From positions 1 to 58,032 of the IMG/VR virus record IMGVR_UViG_3300045253_000042: DNA of 58,032 nt, one strand, 5' to 3'. This DNA comes from a virus. Lineage: Duplodnaviria; Caudoviricetes. Numbering within the stretch: position 1 is the first letter of the stretch; every line of letters starts with the position of its first letter. Below the pieces are notes generated by a model. It searched no databases. It worked only from the letters and a program-made list of their open reading frames with translations, and had not been told where the DNA came from. Of this stretch, positions 1 through 8,058 are shown one piece after another. Position numbers and translations under genes: made by a program.

Positions 1-6
1 GCGGAG

Positions 7-132
7 GAGCGGTTCCACTTCAGCCACGACCGAACCTGGTAGCCCCCCTCGGCCTCGACCCAGACACCCTCGCGTACCAGCGCCTGCGACGACTTGCCGA
101 TGGCGCGCAGCCCGACGCCGAACAGCAGCACC
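7..132. repeat. Terminal direct repeat, left copy (126 bp; circular assembly overlap)
   Basis: Identical to 57907-58032; the replication gene reads through the junction in frame. Confidence 0.97.
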
Positions 133-293
133 TGACGGTCGGTGAAGTACCCGTCAGCGGCTGCCCCGGCCGAGAACTGCAGGCTGCGGTAGAACAGCAG
201 CTCCGCGTCCGGTCCGGCGGCGAGCAGCGCGTCGTCCTGGTATGCGCTCGCTGACAGCGGCGCATACGGTCCGAGGCGAGGGGGACGAGGCAT
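133..293 (-). CDS. N-terminal part of replication initiator / replisome organizer (continues across junction into 58032..57438)
   Basis: ATG at 293 overlaps upstream stop (TGATG); MPRPPRLGPYAPLSASAYQDDALLAAGPDAELLFYRSLQF... reads in frame into VLLFGVG of the 57438..58031 ORF. Confidence 0.8.
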
Positions 294-685
294 CAGCCGC
301 GGCCGCCCCTGCCGCGCGTGCTCGAGCGGCCAGCACCGGTGGGCTTGACGGAGGCCAGCGGCGACGGATCCCGCGCGACCTCACCGTCGGGCTCGACCGA
401 GTCGAACGTGCCGTCGTTGGTGCGCCGCACGAACGTGCCACGCATCAGCTCGCGCCACGCCTCGTCGTCGGCCGCGTCCAGCGGCAGCTCGATCTTCGTC
501 AGTCGCAGCGTGCCGACCGGGTGCGCCTCCGACGCCGGGTCCGGGATCGTCTGGCTCTCCACCACGTACTCGACGAGCGCGACGTAGTGCTTGCCCACAC
601 TGCGGTAGTGCTCGTCCGCCCTGGCGTCCAGGGATGTCTGCTCGGGCAGCTTGCCGCGCAGACGAAGGATGACGTCGTTGGTCAT
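293..685 (-). CDS. Hypothetical protein (130 aa)
   Basis: MTNDVILRLRGK...; ATGA overlap with rusA stop. Confidence 0.75.
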   Translation of the reverse strand: MTNDVILRLRGKLPEQTSLDARADEHYRSVGKHYVALVEYVVESQTIPDPASEAHPVGTLRLTKIELPLDAADDEAWRELMRGTFVRRTNDGTFDSVEPDGEVARDPSPLASVKPTGAGRSSTRGRGGRG

Positions 686-1134
686 GGCGTTGTGCCTCCA
701 AGGGGTGAGACGCGGATCGAGGCGCCAGCCGGACGGTCCGGTGACGCCCATCGCTTGCGGATGTTCAGGTCCACGAACAGGCAGTCGTCGGCGATCAGGC
801 GGGCGATCGCGAGGGCGTCGAACACGGAGCGGGCGTGCTTGTCGACGTCGCCCTTGTCGCGGGCCGTCGGGTACGGGTCGTGGTTGCTGGGCGGCTGCTC
901 GATGTACACGGCGATCGTGGTGGCCAGCGGCTCGGCCAGCGGGAACATCGCGTCGCGGTGCATCTGCATCGACATGTGCGCGGCCGCGATCACGTCGCGG
1001 CGCCACGGCTTCAGGTGCGGGTTGTCCTCGATCGGGATGTGCCGGCCGGCGCGCTCGATGACCATTTTCGAGCCCTGCGGGGACGGCCGACCGTAGACGG
1101 CGATGTCGACGCTGGACGGGGTGAACAAGGTCAC
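682..1134 (-). CDS. rusA: RusA-family Holliday junction resolvase
   Basis: VYGRPSPQGSK N-terminal motif, LKPWR, and D-x-D-K...F-D-A-L...DD catalytic acidic residues. Confidence 0.9.
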   Translation of the reverse strand: MTLFTPSSVDIAVYGRPSPQGSKMVIERAGRHIPIEDNPHLKPWRRDVIAAAHMSMQMHRDAMFPLAEPLATTIAVYIEQPPSNHDPYPTARDKGDVDKHARSVFDALAIARLIADDCLFVDLNIRKRWASPDRPAGASIRVSPLGGTTP

Positions 1135-1751
1135 GGCGTCGCCTCCCGCGCCCGCCACGCTGCCACGACGACGGCGGGGACACGGCCGACCTTCGGGCAC
1201 TCGACCTTGTTGGCTGCGGCCCAGCGGCGGACCTCCGCGGAGTCGTAGTCAGCCTTGGCGGCCGGACGCAGCTTCGCCTCCGCGGCCTTCAGCTGCTCGC
1301 GCAGACGCTGGACATCCGCCGCGGCCTGCGCCTTCTCCTGTGCCTGGCGCTCACGATCGCGGACCGCCTCGGCCTCCGCGGTGACGAGTGCCTGCAGCTG
1401 GTCAAGCATCATCGACACCCGGTCCGCGAGTGCACGGATCCGCGGCTTCGTGGAGGCCTTCGCAGTGAAGATCAGGTCCCGGACTGCTGGTCGCGGCTCG
1501 GGTGGCTGCAGCGGCCGTGGCGGCACGGTCGCGCCATGGGGGGGGGCGGGTGACAGCCGCGGGGAGCCGACCTGCTTGCCCTTCCAGGCGACACCGTCAG
1601 CGCCGATCACGTAGCCGTTGCTGCGGGCCAGGTCCGCGACCTCGCGGGGCATCAGGGCCGTCTCGTCGCTGATGGCGCGGACGGTCTTGCCTTCGGCCAT
1701 CAGCCGCAGCGCGAGGTCAGGTCCGGACGTGCGGGACGGGGCGGTGGTCAT
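1131..1751 (-). CDS. Lsr2-like DNA-binding protein (N-terminal HTH, coiled coil, C-terminal Lsr2 domain)
   Basis: C-terminal AEVRRWAAANKVECPKVGRVPAVVVAAW matches the Lsr2 DNA-binding domain pattern. Confidence 0.8.
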   Translation of the reverse strand: MTTAPSRTSGPDLALRLMAEGKTVRAISDETALMPREVADLARSNGYVIGADGVAWKGKQVGSPRLSPAPPHGATVPPRPLQPPEPRPAVRDLIFTAKASTKPRIRALADRVSMMLDQLQALVTAEAEAVRDRERQAQEKAQAAADVQRLREQLKAAEAKLRPAAKADYDSAEVRRWAAANKVECPKVGRVPAVVVAAWRAREATP

Positions 1752-2512
1752 GAGGACCCTCCTTGGCTGGCGCCGGGCAGCATCCGGCCCTTCGCGTCAC
1801 GGGGGCGCAGCGACTGCGCCGCCGACTGGTCACGCGCCGCGATGCCGTGCTTGGCCATCACGTCCTGCACGAACTTGCGCGACCGGCACAGCCACGCCGC
1901 AATCTGCGGCTGCGACCAGCCCGACTCGTACCGGGACCGGACCTGGTCGACGAGTTCGGCCGGGTAGGCGTCGATGCGGTTCGTGCCGCCGGAGTGCCCG
2001 GCACGGTCGTCGCGGATCGGGACCTCGGCGGCCAAGATGACGCGGCGCACAGTGGCCGGGGTGGTGCCGGCCCGGCGGGCAATGGTGGGCACCGTCTCGC
2101 CAGCCGTGTAGGCGTCGACCATGGCCTGGCGCATCGCCAGTGGGATCGCCCGGGCCGGATGCTCATGCGGGGTGGGTGGCCGATCGTCGGGCGCGAGCCC
2201 GGTCACCCGCGCCGCAGACGCACCTGCGGGTTCAGCCGCGGGGACCGGCTCGGCCTGCACCGGCCGCGGAGATGGTGTCGCAGGCCGGGAGTCAGAAGGG
2301 GCGCCCGTGCGGCGTTCCTGGCCCGCTGGCGGGGGCGTGGCCACGGGTGGGGACTGGAGCCGGGCCGGGACCGTCGGCGGCGCAGCGGGCGGTGTGGGGG
2401 CGTCGAGAGGCTTGCACCCGGCGGCCTCCCAGCGGGCCTGCGCCGCGGCCAGACGGCGGGCCCTGGCGGCCTCCTCGGTCGGCGGCTTCGTCCCGCCCTT
2501 GCCGAACCTCAC
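1748..2512 (-). CDS. Double helix-turn-helix DNA-binding protein with Pro-rich N-terminus
   Basis: Two repeats of YxxGxT/SxxxIAxxxxxT/SxxxVxxV (AYTAGETVPTIARRAG; RYESGWSQPQIAAWL); GTGA overlap start. Confidence 0.7.
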   Translation of the reverse strand: MRFGKGGTKPPTEEAARARRLAAAQARWEAAGCKPLDAPTPPAAPPTVPARLQSPPVATPPPAGQERRTGAPSDSRPATPSPRPVQAEPVPAAEPAGASAARVTGLAPDDRPPTPHEHPARAIPLAMRQAMVDAYTAGETVPTIARRAGTTPATVRRVILAAEVPIRDDRAGHSGGTNRIDAYPAELVDQVRSRYESGWSQPQIAAWLCRSRKFVQDVMAKHGIAARDQSAAQSLRPRDAKGRMLPGASQGGSS

Positions 2513-2643
2513 GGCGCCCACTGTGGGGACCGCTCGAGCCCGTCGATGTCGCGTAGTAGCCGGGCGACGTTGGCTTCCATGTAGCCGCGCACCCACCAGC
2601 CGAAGGCGACACCGACGACGGTCGCAGCCGCCACCCGGATCAT
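2509..2643 (-). CDS. Small membrane protein (44 aa)
   Basis: MIRVAAATVVGVAFGWWVRG...; 4-bp overlaps at both ends. Confidence 0.6.
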   Translation of the reverse strand: MIRVAAATVVGVAFGWWVRGYMEANVARLLRDIDGLERSPQWAP

Positions 2644-3125
2644 GTGCCCACCCGCTCAGTCGTGCCATCCCACACGAACTCGCCGTGCGGGCCGACGGGG
2701 CGGTGCATGGAACAGCGGACGCAGAACGTGGCGGCGTAGAAGGCCGGCTCGCGGGCGTAAGTCTCGGCGAGCGCCTCCCCCATCGTCGTGACAGCGCCGC
2801 AGCCCTGGTCGATGGCGTCGAGCTCGGCCTGGGTCCAGAACCGGCCGAGCGCGCTGCCGCCGCCCGGCAGACGGTTCACGTACGCCTCGTAGGCGACGTA
2901 GCCCTGGTCCGGGTATCGCTCGCGCTGCTCGTCCGTCAGGTTCGCCAACGGGAACCGCGGACCGGGGCGACCGACGTGGACGTAGGACCGGCGCACGGGC
3001 CGAACGAACCCTTTGGCGCGTTCCTCGTCGGACAGCACCAGGTACACGTCGGCCATCGAGACGGGTTCGTCGTCGACTCCGTGGGTCAGCCGCGGGTCGT
3101 TGCGGTCGTCCGTGGTGCCGGTCAT
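2640..3125 (-). CDS. Conserved phage hypothetical protein (Cys/His-containing)
   Basis: YLVLSDEERAKGFVRPVRRSYVH...CGAVTTMG..LAETYAR.P.FY..TFC..C..H; coupled overlaps. Confidence 0.75.
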   Translation of the reverse strand: MTGTTDDRNDPRLTHGVDDEPVSMADVYLVLSDEERAKGFVRPVRRSYVHVGRPGPRFPLANLTDEQRERYPDQGYVAYEAYVNRLPGGGSALGRFWTQAELDAIDQGCGAVTTMGEALAETYAREPAFYAATFCVRCSMHRPVGPHGEFVWDGTTERVGT

Positions 3126-3619
3126 GCGAGCCGCCCGCAGGTCGGCCAGGGTGTCCAGCCGCGGCGGGTCCAGGCGTGGTAGGCGACGGCGAGCTGCTCG
3201 GACACAGTGGCCTGGTCAGGGGTGGGTGCGTAGCGCAGGCCACCCCAGTCCTTCCAGAACGTGGCGCTGGCCTGGATCAGCCCGCGGTACTTGCCCGACG
3301 CGGACACATCGCGCGGGTTCCAGTGCGACTCGCAGTTGAACACCCGCCACGTCCCACGCGAGGCCGACCATCGGGCGAAGGTCACCCCACCCCGAGAGAC
3401 CCCGCTTGGCGTCGGGTTGGACCGTCTCGGGGTGGGGTGCTTGGGCCGGGGATGCGACCTGGACGCGCGCCATGGCTGTGAGTGCGCATGCGCCCAGGTC
3501 GCTCCGGGGCTGCTGCTCGCCGACGGACCGGCAGCCCCTGGCGAAACGCCTTGGCTACCGCAAGCGGCGAGCAGCAGCGAACAGGTGAAGGTGGCCACGT
3601 GCGGCTTCTTATGGATCAC
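3122..3619 (-). CDS. Resuscitation-promoting factor (Rpf)-like transglycosylase, predicted lipoprotein
   Basis: CES catalytic Glu, GKYRGLIQ...W...GG..YA..PDQAT..EQLAVA...G..PWPTC as in Rpf domains; N-terminal LLLAAC lipobox; GGAGG RBS. Confidence 0.85.
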   Translation of the reverse strand: MIHKKPHVATFTCSLLLAACGSQGVSPGAAGPSASSSPGATWAHAHSQPWRASRSHPRPKHPTPRRSNPTPSGVSRGGVTFARWSASRGTWRVFNCESHWNPRDVSASGKYRGLIQASATFWKDWGGLRYAPTPDQATVSEQLAVAYHAWTRRGWTPWPTCGRLA

Positions 3620-3655
3620 GGTGAGCCACCTCCGGGGACAGCGGTTTGAGGGGGG

Positions 3656-3742
3656 CCGGCTGGGGCCACGTACGGGGGATGACGCGACCCCAGCCGGGTG
3701 GTGCGGCTGGCGCCAGGCCGGGGGAGTGTCCGGGCGCCAGCC
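3656..3742 (-). other. Two tandem RNA hairpins with C-rich loops upstream of the Rpf-like gene
   Basis: Stems at 3705-3714/3733-3742 and 3656-3671/3682-3697; both loops contain UCCCCCG; G-U pairs form only on the minus (mRNA) strand. Confidence 0.6.
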
Positions 3743-3746
3743 CGTC

Positions 3747-3959
3747 TCAGGGCGGCGAGGTGCCGACTGGCTGGACCTGGCGGACGGACAGGCCGTCCTC
3801 GTGGATCAGCGCCCGTGCGTCCAGGTAGAAGGGGCGGGCCCGTCCGTTCCCGGACCGAACCCACAGCACCCGGTTGCCGCCGTTGTAGGCGGTGACGCGG
3901 CCCCGCACGGTGACCTCGACCTCGTCGCCGACCCGGGGGATGTACCGCTCGGCGGGCAT
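3747..3959 (-). CDS. Hypothetical protein (70 aa)
   Basis: ORF coupled to upstream stop. Confidence 0.65.
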   Translation of the reverse strand: MPAERYIPRVGDEVEVTVRGRVTAYNGGNRVLWVRSGNGRARPFYLDARALIHEDGLSVRQVQPVGTSPP

Positions 3960-4174
3960 CAGCTGACCGCCTTGATCGCGCGCAGGGCCCGGACGTGCTC
4001 GAGCTGCTCGGCGAGCGCAGTACCGGCCTCGTCCAGGGCACTCTTGGCCGCGTCGAGGCGAGCGAGGGCGAGGTCGGCGTCAGCGATCGCCTCGTCCATC
4101 TCGGCCAGCCGTTCGCGGACCACCCGGTTGCGGCGCAGCATTTCCGCGAACGCTTCCCGCCGGACGGCGCTCAC
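3959..4174 (-). CDS. Hypothetical coiled-coil protein
   Basis: Heptad-like helix; 4-bp overlap. Confidence 0.65.
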   Translation of the reverse strand: MSAVRREAFAEMLRRNRVVRERLAEMDEAIADADLALARLDAAKSALDEAGTALAEQLEHVRALRAIKAVS

Positions 4175-4392
4175 GGCTGGGCCGCCTTCTGTGCCCGCTC
4201 GGCCCTCGCGTGCTTGGCCCCGAACCCGCGCAGCCGGACCACCACGTCACCCATCGACGCGGTCCGACGGGCCTCGCGCCGGGCGAGGCGGTCCTCGGTG
4301 TCCTGGGTGCGCAGCATCCCCCGGGACTGACGGGCGAGGCGGTGCTCGTCCACCTCTGTGCGAGGCGGGCGTAGCTTGCGACGGTTGCTCAC
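4171..4392 (-). CDS. Hypothetical basic protein
   Basis: GTGA overlaps at both ends; VSNRRKLRPPR... Confidence 0.55.
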   Translation of the reverse strand: MSNRRKLRPPRTEVDEHRLARQSRGMLRTQDTEDRLARREARRTASMGDVVVRLRGFGAKHARAERAQKAAQP

Positions 4393-4688
4393 GATGCGCC
4401 GCCTGACAGTGCTGACGTCGCGACCTCCGCAATGCGGCGCATGTGCATGTCCGGGATCCGCGCGCGCCGCAGTTGCGGGTCGGATCGAATGGCCTCGATC
4501 ACGCGCTCGAGGTCCGGGGCGTCCTCGATGCGGACGTAGACCCGGCACTCCCAGGCGTTCGGCGGCCAGTAGTCGAGCCACTCCTTCTCCGACGCGGGGA
4601 CTTTGTCGTTCGGCGATCGCACCCACCCCGGAATCTCCAGCGGCGGCGCCATCAGACCCGGGTCGTGCTGCGGTGCCCGCGTGCTCAT
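4389..4688 (-). CDS. Hypothetical protein
   Basis: Coupled ORF, 99 aa. Confidence 0.65.
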   Translation of the reverse strand: MSTRAPQHDPGLMAPPLEIPGWVRSPNDKVPASEKEWLDYWPPNAWECRVYVRIEDAPDLERVIEAIRSDPQLRRARIPDMHMRRIAEVATSALSGGAS

Positions 4689-5728
4689 GCGACCGCCCCG
4701 GCCTCGAGCTCGGCCTTGCGGGTCAGGATCACGTCGTCCAACGGCTCGAGGACGTCGTCGGCGTCGGCGACGAGCTCCTGGTCCCAGCCCTTCTCGCGGG
4801 AGGCCTTGAACAGCACCCCGAGGCGGGCCAGGTCCTCGCAGGCGCGCGCCTCGTCGGCGATGCCCTGCGCGGTATCGGGGATCCCGCCGGCAGGGGTGCG
4901 CGCCGCCTGCTGGCGGGACCGCGATCCACCGTCCCCGGGGGAAGGCTCAGCCGAGTCGGCCGAGGGCTCCGGGGTCGGGCGGTCCTTGGGTGCCTCGATC
5001 GCCTTCAGTGCAGCGGGCGGCGGCGGTAGGGCCTGCTCGAGGCCACCGGTGTAGGTGCCCTCGATCAGCTCCCGCAGCGTCACCGAGGTGGACAGGACGA
5101 CCACGAACCAGTTCCGGGTCTGGCCGCCGGCGATCTTCTGCCGGGCCTCCATGCGCATCTTCGCCGGCAGCACGACGCCCTTCTCGCGGGCCTTTGCCAG
5201 CAGGTCCGCCGTGCCACCCAGCTCGAGCGCGGCCGTGTAGCCGTGGGACTCGTAGCGCCACACGCCGATGTCGGGCAGGTCCGGCAGGATCACGTTGACG
5301 CGGGTGGTCGGCTTGCACGCCCGGCCCTGCGCCGCCAGCTCCATGCGCTCGGAAATGTCCGCCGGGCACACGCAGGCGTGGTCGGTGGTCAGCTGGTCGA
5401 TGCCGTTGCAGCGGCGCACCAGGCCACCGCCGGACCACAGCTCGTAGTCCTGGGACAGGGCGGCCTCGCCGGGGGGGACCATGACGTCGAGCTCGGAGAC
5501 GTCGGCGATGACCTCCCACGCCTGGCGTCCGCCTTCCCACTCGATCGCCTCGCCGCCGTACAGTTCGGCGACGCGCTGCGCGGCGTGCGGGTCGTTCGTG
5601 GTGAACCGGAAGCGGTCCAGCTTCTCCGCCCGGGACTTGGTCTGGCCGTCCTTCACGTACCGGACCTGGCGTCCGATCCGGATGCGCCCAACCTCCCGGG
5701 CGCGCTGCTGTAGATCCAAGAGCGGCAT
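4685..5728 (-). CDS. phiC31 gp3-like (recombination directionality factor-like) protein
   Basis: MPLLDLQQRAREVGRIRIG...KLDRFRFTT...YELWSGGG..RRC.G...CKPTTRVNV.LP...GVWR.ESHG pattern; next to exonuclease. Confidence 0.8.
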   Translation of the reverse strand: MPLLDLQQRAREVGRIRIGRQVRYVKDGQTKSRAEKLDRFRFTTNDPHAAQRVAELYGGEAIEWEGGRQAWEVIADVSELDVMVPPGEAALSQDYELWSGGGLVRRCNGIDQLTTDHACVCPADISERMELAAQGRACKPTTRVNVILPDLPDIGVWRYESHGYTAALELGGTADLLAKAREKGVVLPAKMRMEARQKIAGGQTRNWFVVVLSTSVTLRELIEGTYTGGLEQALPPPPAALKAIEAPKDRPTPEPSADSAEPSPGDGGSRSRQQAARTPAGGIPDTAQGIADEARACEDLARLGVLFKASREKGWDQELVADADDVLEPLDDVILTRKAELEAGAVA

Positions 5729-6795
5729 CAGGCCACGTCCTCTACGTCGGCGGGTGTGGCGATGGGTGCGCCCGATCGCCAGTCGAAGATGAGTGCGGCG
5801 ATGTCCTGCATCGCCTTGGGGCCGACGCCCTTGATGGCCCGCAGCGTGGCGGCGGGGACGCCGTCCAGGTCAGCCAGCGACCGGTACCCGGAGCCCATGA
5901 GTACGGCGCGGCAGCGCAGCGCCGTGTCCTCCAGCAGCGGCGCCGGCTGGGTCCCGTCGGGCAGCGGCGGGTACAGGACCCGGCCGCCGAGCTTCGAGCC
6001 GAACTCGCGGCCCATGTGGTACTGGCGGGCCATCACGTCGAACCAGTCCAGCTCCCGCTGGTTCGCTGCGACCTCGATCAGCTTGTAGCCCCTGGAGTAC
6101 TCCCGGCGCAGGTGCAGCACCGCGGCCCCGTCCGTGTACGGCATCGGCGCGGTCGTCCCCAGGTCGTCCAGCCACACCTCGTCGCTGGCCCGGTACGCGG
6201 CGAGCTGGGCGCGCATCGTCGGCCGTAGGACCCGCCCGGACTTGGTGTCCACGCACTTGACCCGCTGCCCGTCGGGGAAGGTGGGCAGCTCGGCGACGAA
6301 GTCCAAGGTGCCGGCGGTGCGCCGCTCCAGGTCCACGACGGTGGCCTCGGCGAGCAGGAACCTTGGGTCGTAGTCGGCGACGAAGTTCAGGAACCCGTCG
6401 GAGATGGCGTCGAGGTCGACGCGCTCCCCGTCGATCTCCACGTCGACCAGGTGCTCGGGGATGACCGGTAGCGCCTTGTCGAGGATGAGGGCCTCGATCA
6501 CGTCGTGCTGGTAGACGCCGATGTCGGCGGCGAGCTCCCGGCGCCGCTCAGCGGCCTTGGCGGCTGCGGCGAGGGTGGCGTCGAAGCCGATCTCGGCGAG
6601 CATGTCCCCGACGAAGTCGTGATGCGCGAGGCACCAGTGCGCGGCGATCTTCGCCGCCCACGGGGTCAGGAACATCGACGAGTCGTTCGCGGCCGAGATC
6701 ACCGCCGTGACGGACTCGTACCGGTCGTCACCGGACAGGGCCGGGCGCACGTACCAGTGGCGCGACTCCCCGTCGACCATGCCGACGCGGGTCAC
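5728..6795 (-). CDS. PD-(D/E)XK (Cas4/RecB-like) exonuclease with C-terminal HhH motif
   Basis: YESVTAVI, AGTLD...VDTKSG, QLAAY; C-terminal LRAIKGVGPK HhH. Confidence 0.85.
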   Translation of the reverse strand: MTRVGMVDGESRHWYVRPALSGDDRYESVTAVISAANDSSMFLTPWAAKIAAHWCLAHHDFVGDMLAEIGFDATLAAAAKAAERRRELAADIGVYQHDVIEALILDKALPVIPEHLVDVEIDGERVDLDAISDGFLNFVADYDPRFLLAEATVVDLERRTAGTLDFVAELPTFPDGQRVKCVDTKSGRVLRPTMRAQLAAYRASDEVWLDDLGTTAPMPYTDGAAVLHLRREYSRGYKLIEVAANQRELDWFDVMARQYHMGREFGSKLGGRVLYPPLPDGTQPAPLLEDTALRCRAVLMGSGYRSLADLDGVPAATLRAIKGVGPKAMQDIAALIFDWRSGAPIATPADVEDVA

Positions 6796-7052
6796 GACAG
6801 GCTCCCCGGTGGTAGGGCAAGGCCAGTGCGGGCCTGCGCGGCCGCGACGAGCCCAGCGTCCGCGAACGCCTTCATGTCCTGCGGCGCGAAGAAGAAGTAG
6901 GCGCCCTGCGGGAACACCGGGGTGTCCAGGCGCAGGAACACCAGGGAGCCGGCCGGGGTCGGGACCTGCCCGAACGCCCAGTTCGTCGGCACCGGCTGCG
7001 GCTGCATCTGCGGGGGCGGGGCCGGCGCGTTGCCGTTCGGGACGGCGGTCAT
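6792..7052 (-). CDS. Hypothetical protein
   Basis: Coupled ORF, 86 aa. Confidence 0.65.
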   Translation of the reverse strand: MTAVPNGNAPAPPPQMQPQPVPTNWAFGQVPTPAGSLVFLRLDTPVFPQGAYFFFAPQDMKAFADAGLVAAAQARTGLALPPGSLS

Positions 7053-7303
7053 GGCGTGGCCCCGTTCGGCCAGCGTTCGGTCGCGTAGGCGACCGCGGCC
7101 CGGCGGGTCCAGAACCGGGGCCCGGCGGTCTCTCCGTCCAGGGCGATGAAGGTCTGCCAGTTGGCCCAGCCGACGCGCTGGACCGTCCAGCGCGCGGTGG
7201 CGACGGCGGAGCGGTTCCCGGTGATGGCGTCGACGGCCAGGACCAGCCCGCAGCCGGATGCGACGGCGATGGCCGCGCCGGCGACGAGCTCGCGGGCGCT
7301 CAT
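7049..7303 (-). CDS. Small membrane protein
   Basis: MSARELVAGAAIAVASGCGLVLAV hydrophobic N-terminus; ATGA overlap. Confidence 0.6.
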   Translation of the reverse strand: MSARELVAGAAIAVASGCGLVLAVDAITGNRSAVATARWTVQRVGWANWQTFIALDGETAGPRFWTRRAAVAYATERWPNGATP

Positions 7304-7473
7304 CGCCACTGCCTCGGGGTCTCGTCCGCGATCTCCTGGCGGATGATGCGGTCCTGCGCGTCCCAGGCGGACCCCATGCCCAGCAGGGCGCCGACGACCC
7401 CGGACGCGATCACCGCGGCCAGGATCATGAACTTGGCGGCCAGCGGGCCGAACACGAACAGGGGTTCGCTCAT
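7300..7473 (-). CDS. Small membrane protein (57 aa)
   Basis: MSEPLFVFGPLAAKFMILAAVIASGVVGALLGMG...; ATGA overlaps. Confidence 0.6.
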   Translation of the reverse strand: MSEPLFVFGPLAAKFMILAAVIASGVVGALLGMGSAWDAQDRIIRQEIADETPRQWR

Positions 7474-7622
7474 CGCGCACGCCCGAACTGGCGGTCCTGG
7501 CGGCGCTCCCGCAGATGCTCCAGGAGGTCGCGGGCCAGCCAGAAGGCGGGGACGGCGACCAGGACGATCACGGCGGCCCCGATCAGCCCGAGGGCGAACG
7601 GCACGTCCAGCGGGCCCCTCAC
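7470..7622 (-). CDS. Small membrane protein (50 aa)
   Basis: VRGPLDVPFALGLIGAAVIVLVAVPAFWL...; GTGA overlap. Confidence 0.6.
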   Translation of the reverse strand: MRGPLDVPFALGLIGAAVIVLVAVPAFWLARDLLEHLRERRQDRQFGRAR

Positions 7623-7999
7623 GACGCGACCGCCAGACCTACGGCGGGGGCGGCCAGACGAGCGATGGCCTTCCCGTAGACGACGTCGTACGCGGCGGCC
7701 TCGTCGTCGGCGAGGGCCCTCAGCCCCTCCGGGGACATGGCCAGGAACTCGTCCGAGTAGGCCTCGAACAGGACCTCCGGGTCGGCCAGGAACCGGTCCC
7801 GCTCGTGCCGGGCATCCGCGGCGGCCTGCAGCAGCTCGCGGGCCTGGTACTGGTTCAGGCCGTGGCCGTAGCCGAGGCGGTGCAGGCGCCGGGCAGCGGT
7901 GTCGGGGCGCAGGTCGGCCTCGATGATCAGGTCGACCAGGGCCAGGGCGACACCGGTACCGACCGGGTCGGGGTGGCTAGGGTTGAGCACTGGGACCAT
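7619..7999 (-). CDS. Hypothetical protein (126 aa)
   Basis: MVPVLNPSHPDP...; purine-rich RBS upstream. Confidence 0.65.
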   Translation of the reverse strand: MVPVLNPSHPDPVGTGVALALVDLIIEADLRPDTAARRLHRLGYGHGLNQYQARELLQAAADARHERDRFLADPEVLFEAYSDEFLAMSPEGLRALADDEAAAYDVVYGKAIARLAAPAVGLAVAS

Positions 8000-8058
8000 C
8001 TCTCTTCCGTGGTGGTGGTTCCTGAGGCCGTCCCGTTGCGTCGGGGCGGCCTCACCTG

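Noticed and set aside
7-132. Biological terminal repeat or attL/attR
   Set aside because: It lies mid-gene, far from the integrase, and its length fits an assembler overlap
3620-3746. Possible c-di-AMP (ydaO) riboswitch, as found upstream of actinobacterial rpfA
   Set aside because: I could not find the conserved ydaO sequence elements; only two simple hairpins are present
5728-6795. Cas4 as a sign of a CRISPR system
   Set aside because: Solo phage recombination exonuclease; no cas operon or array seen
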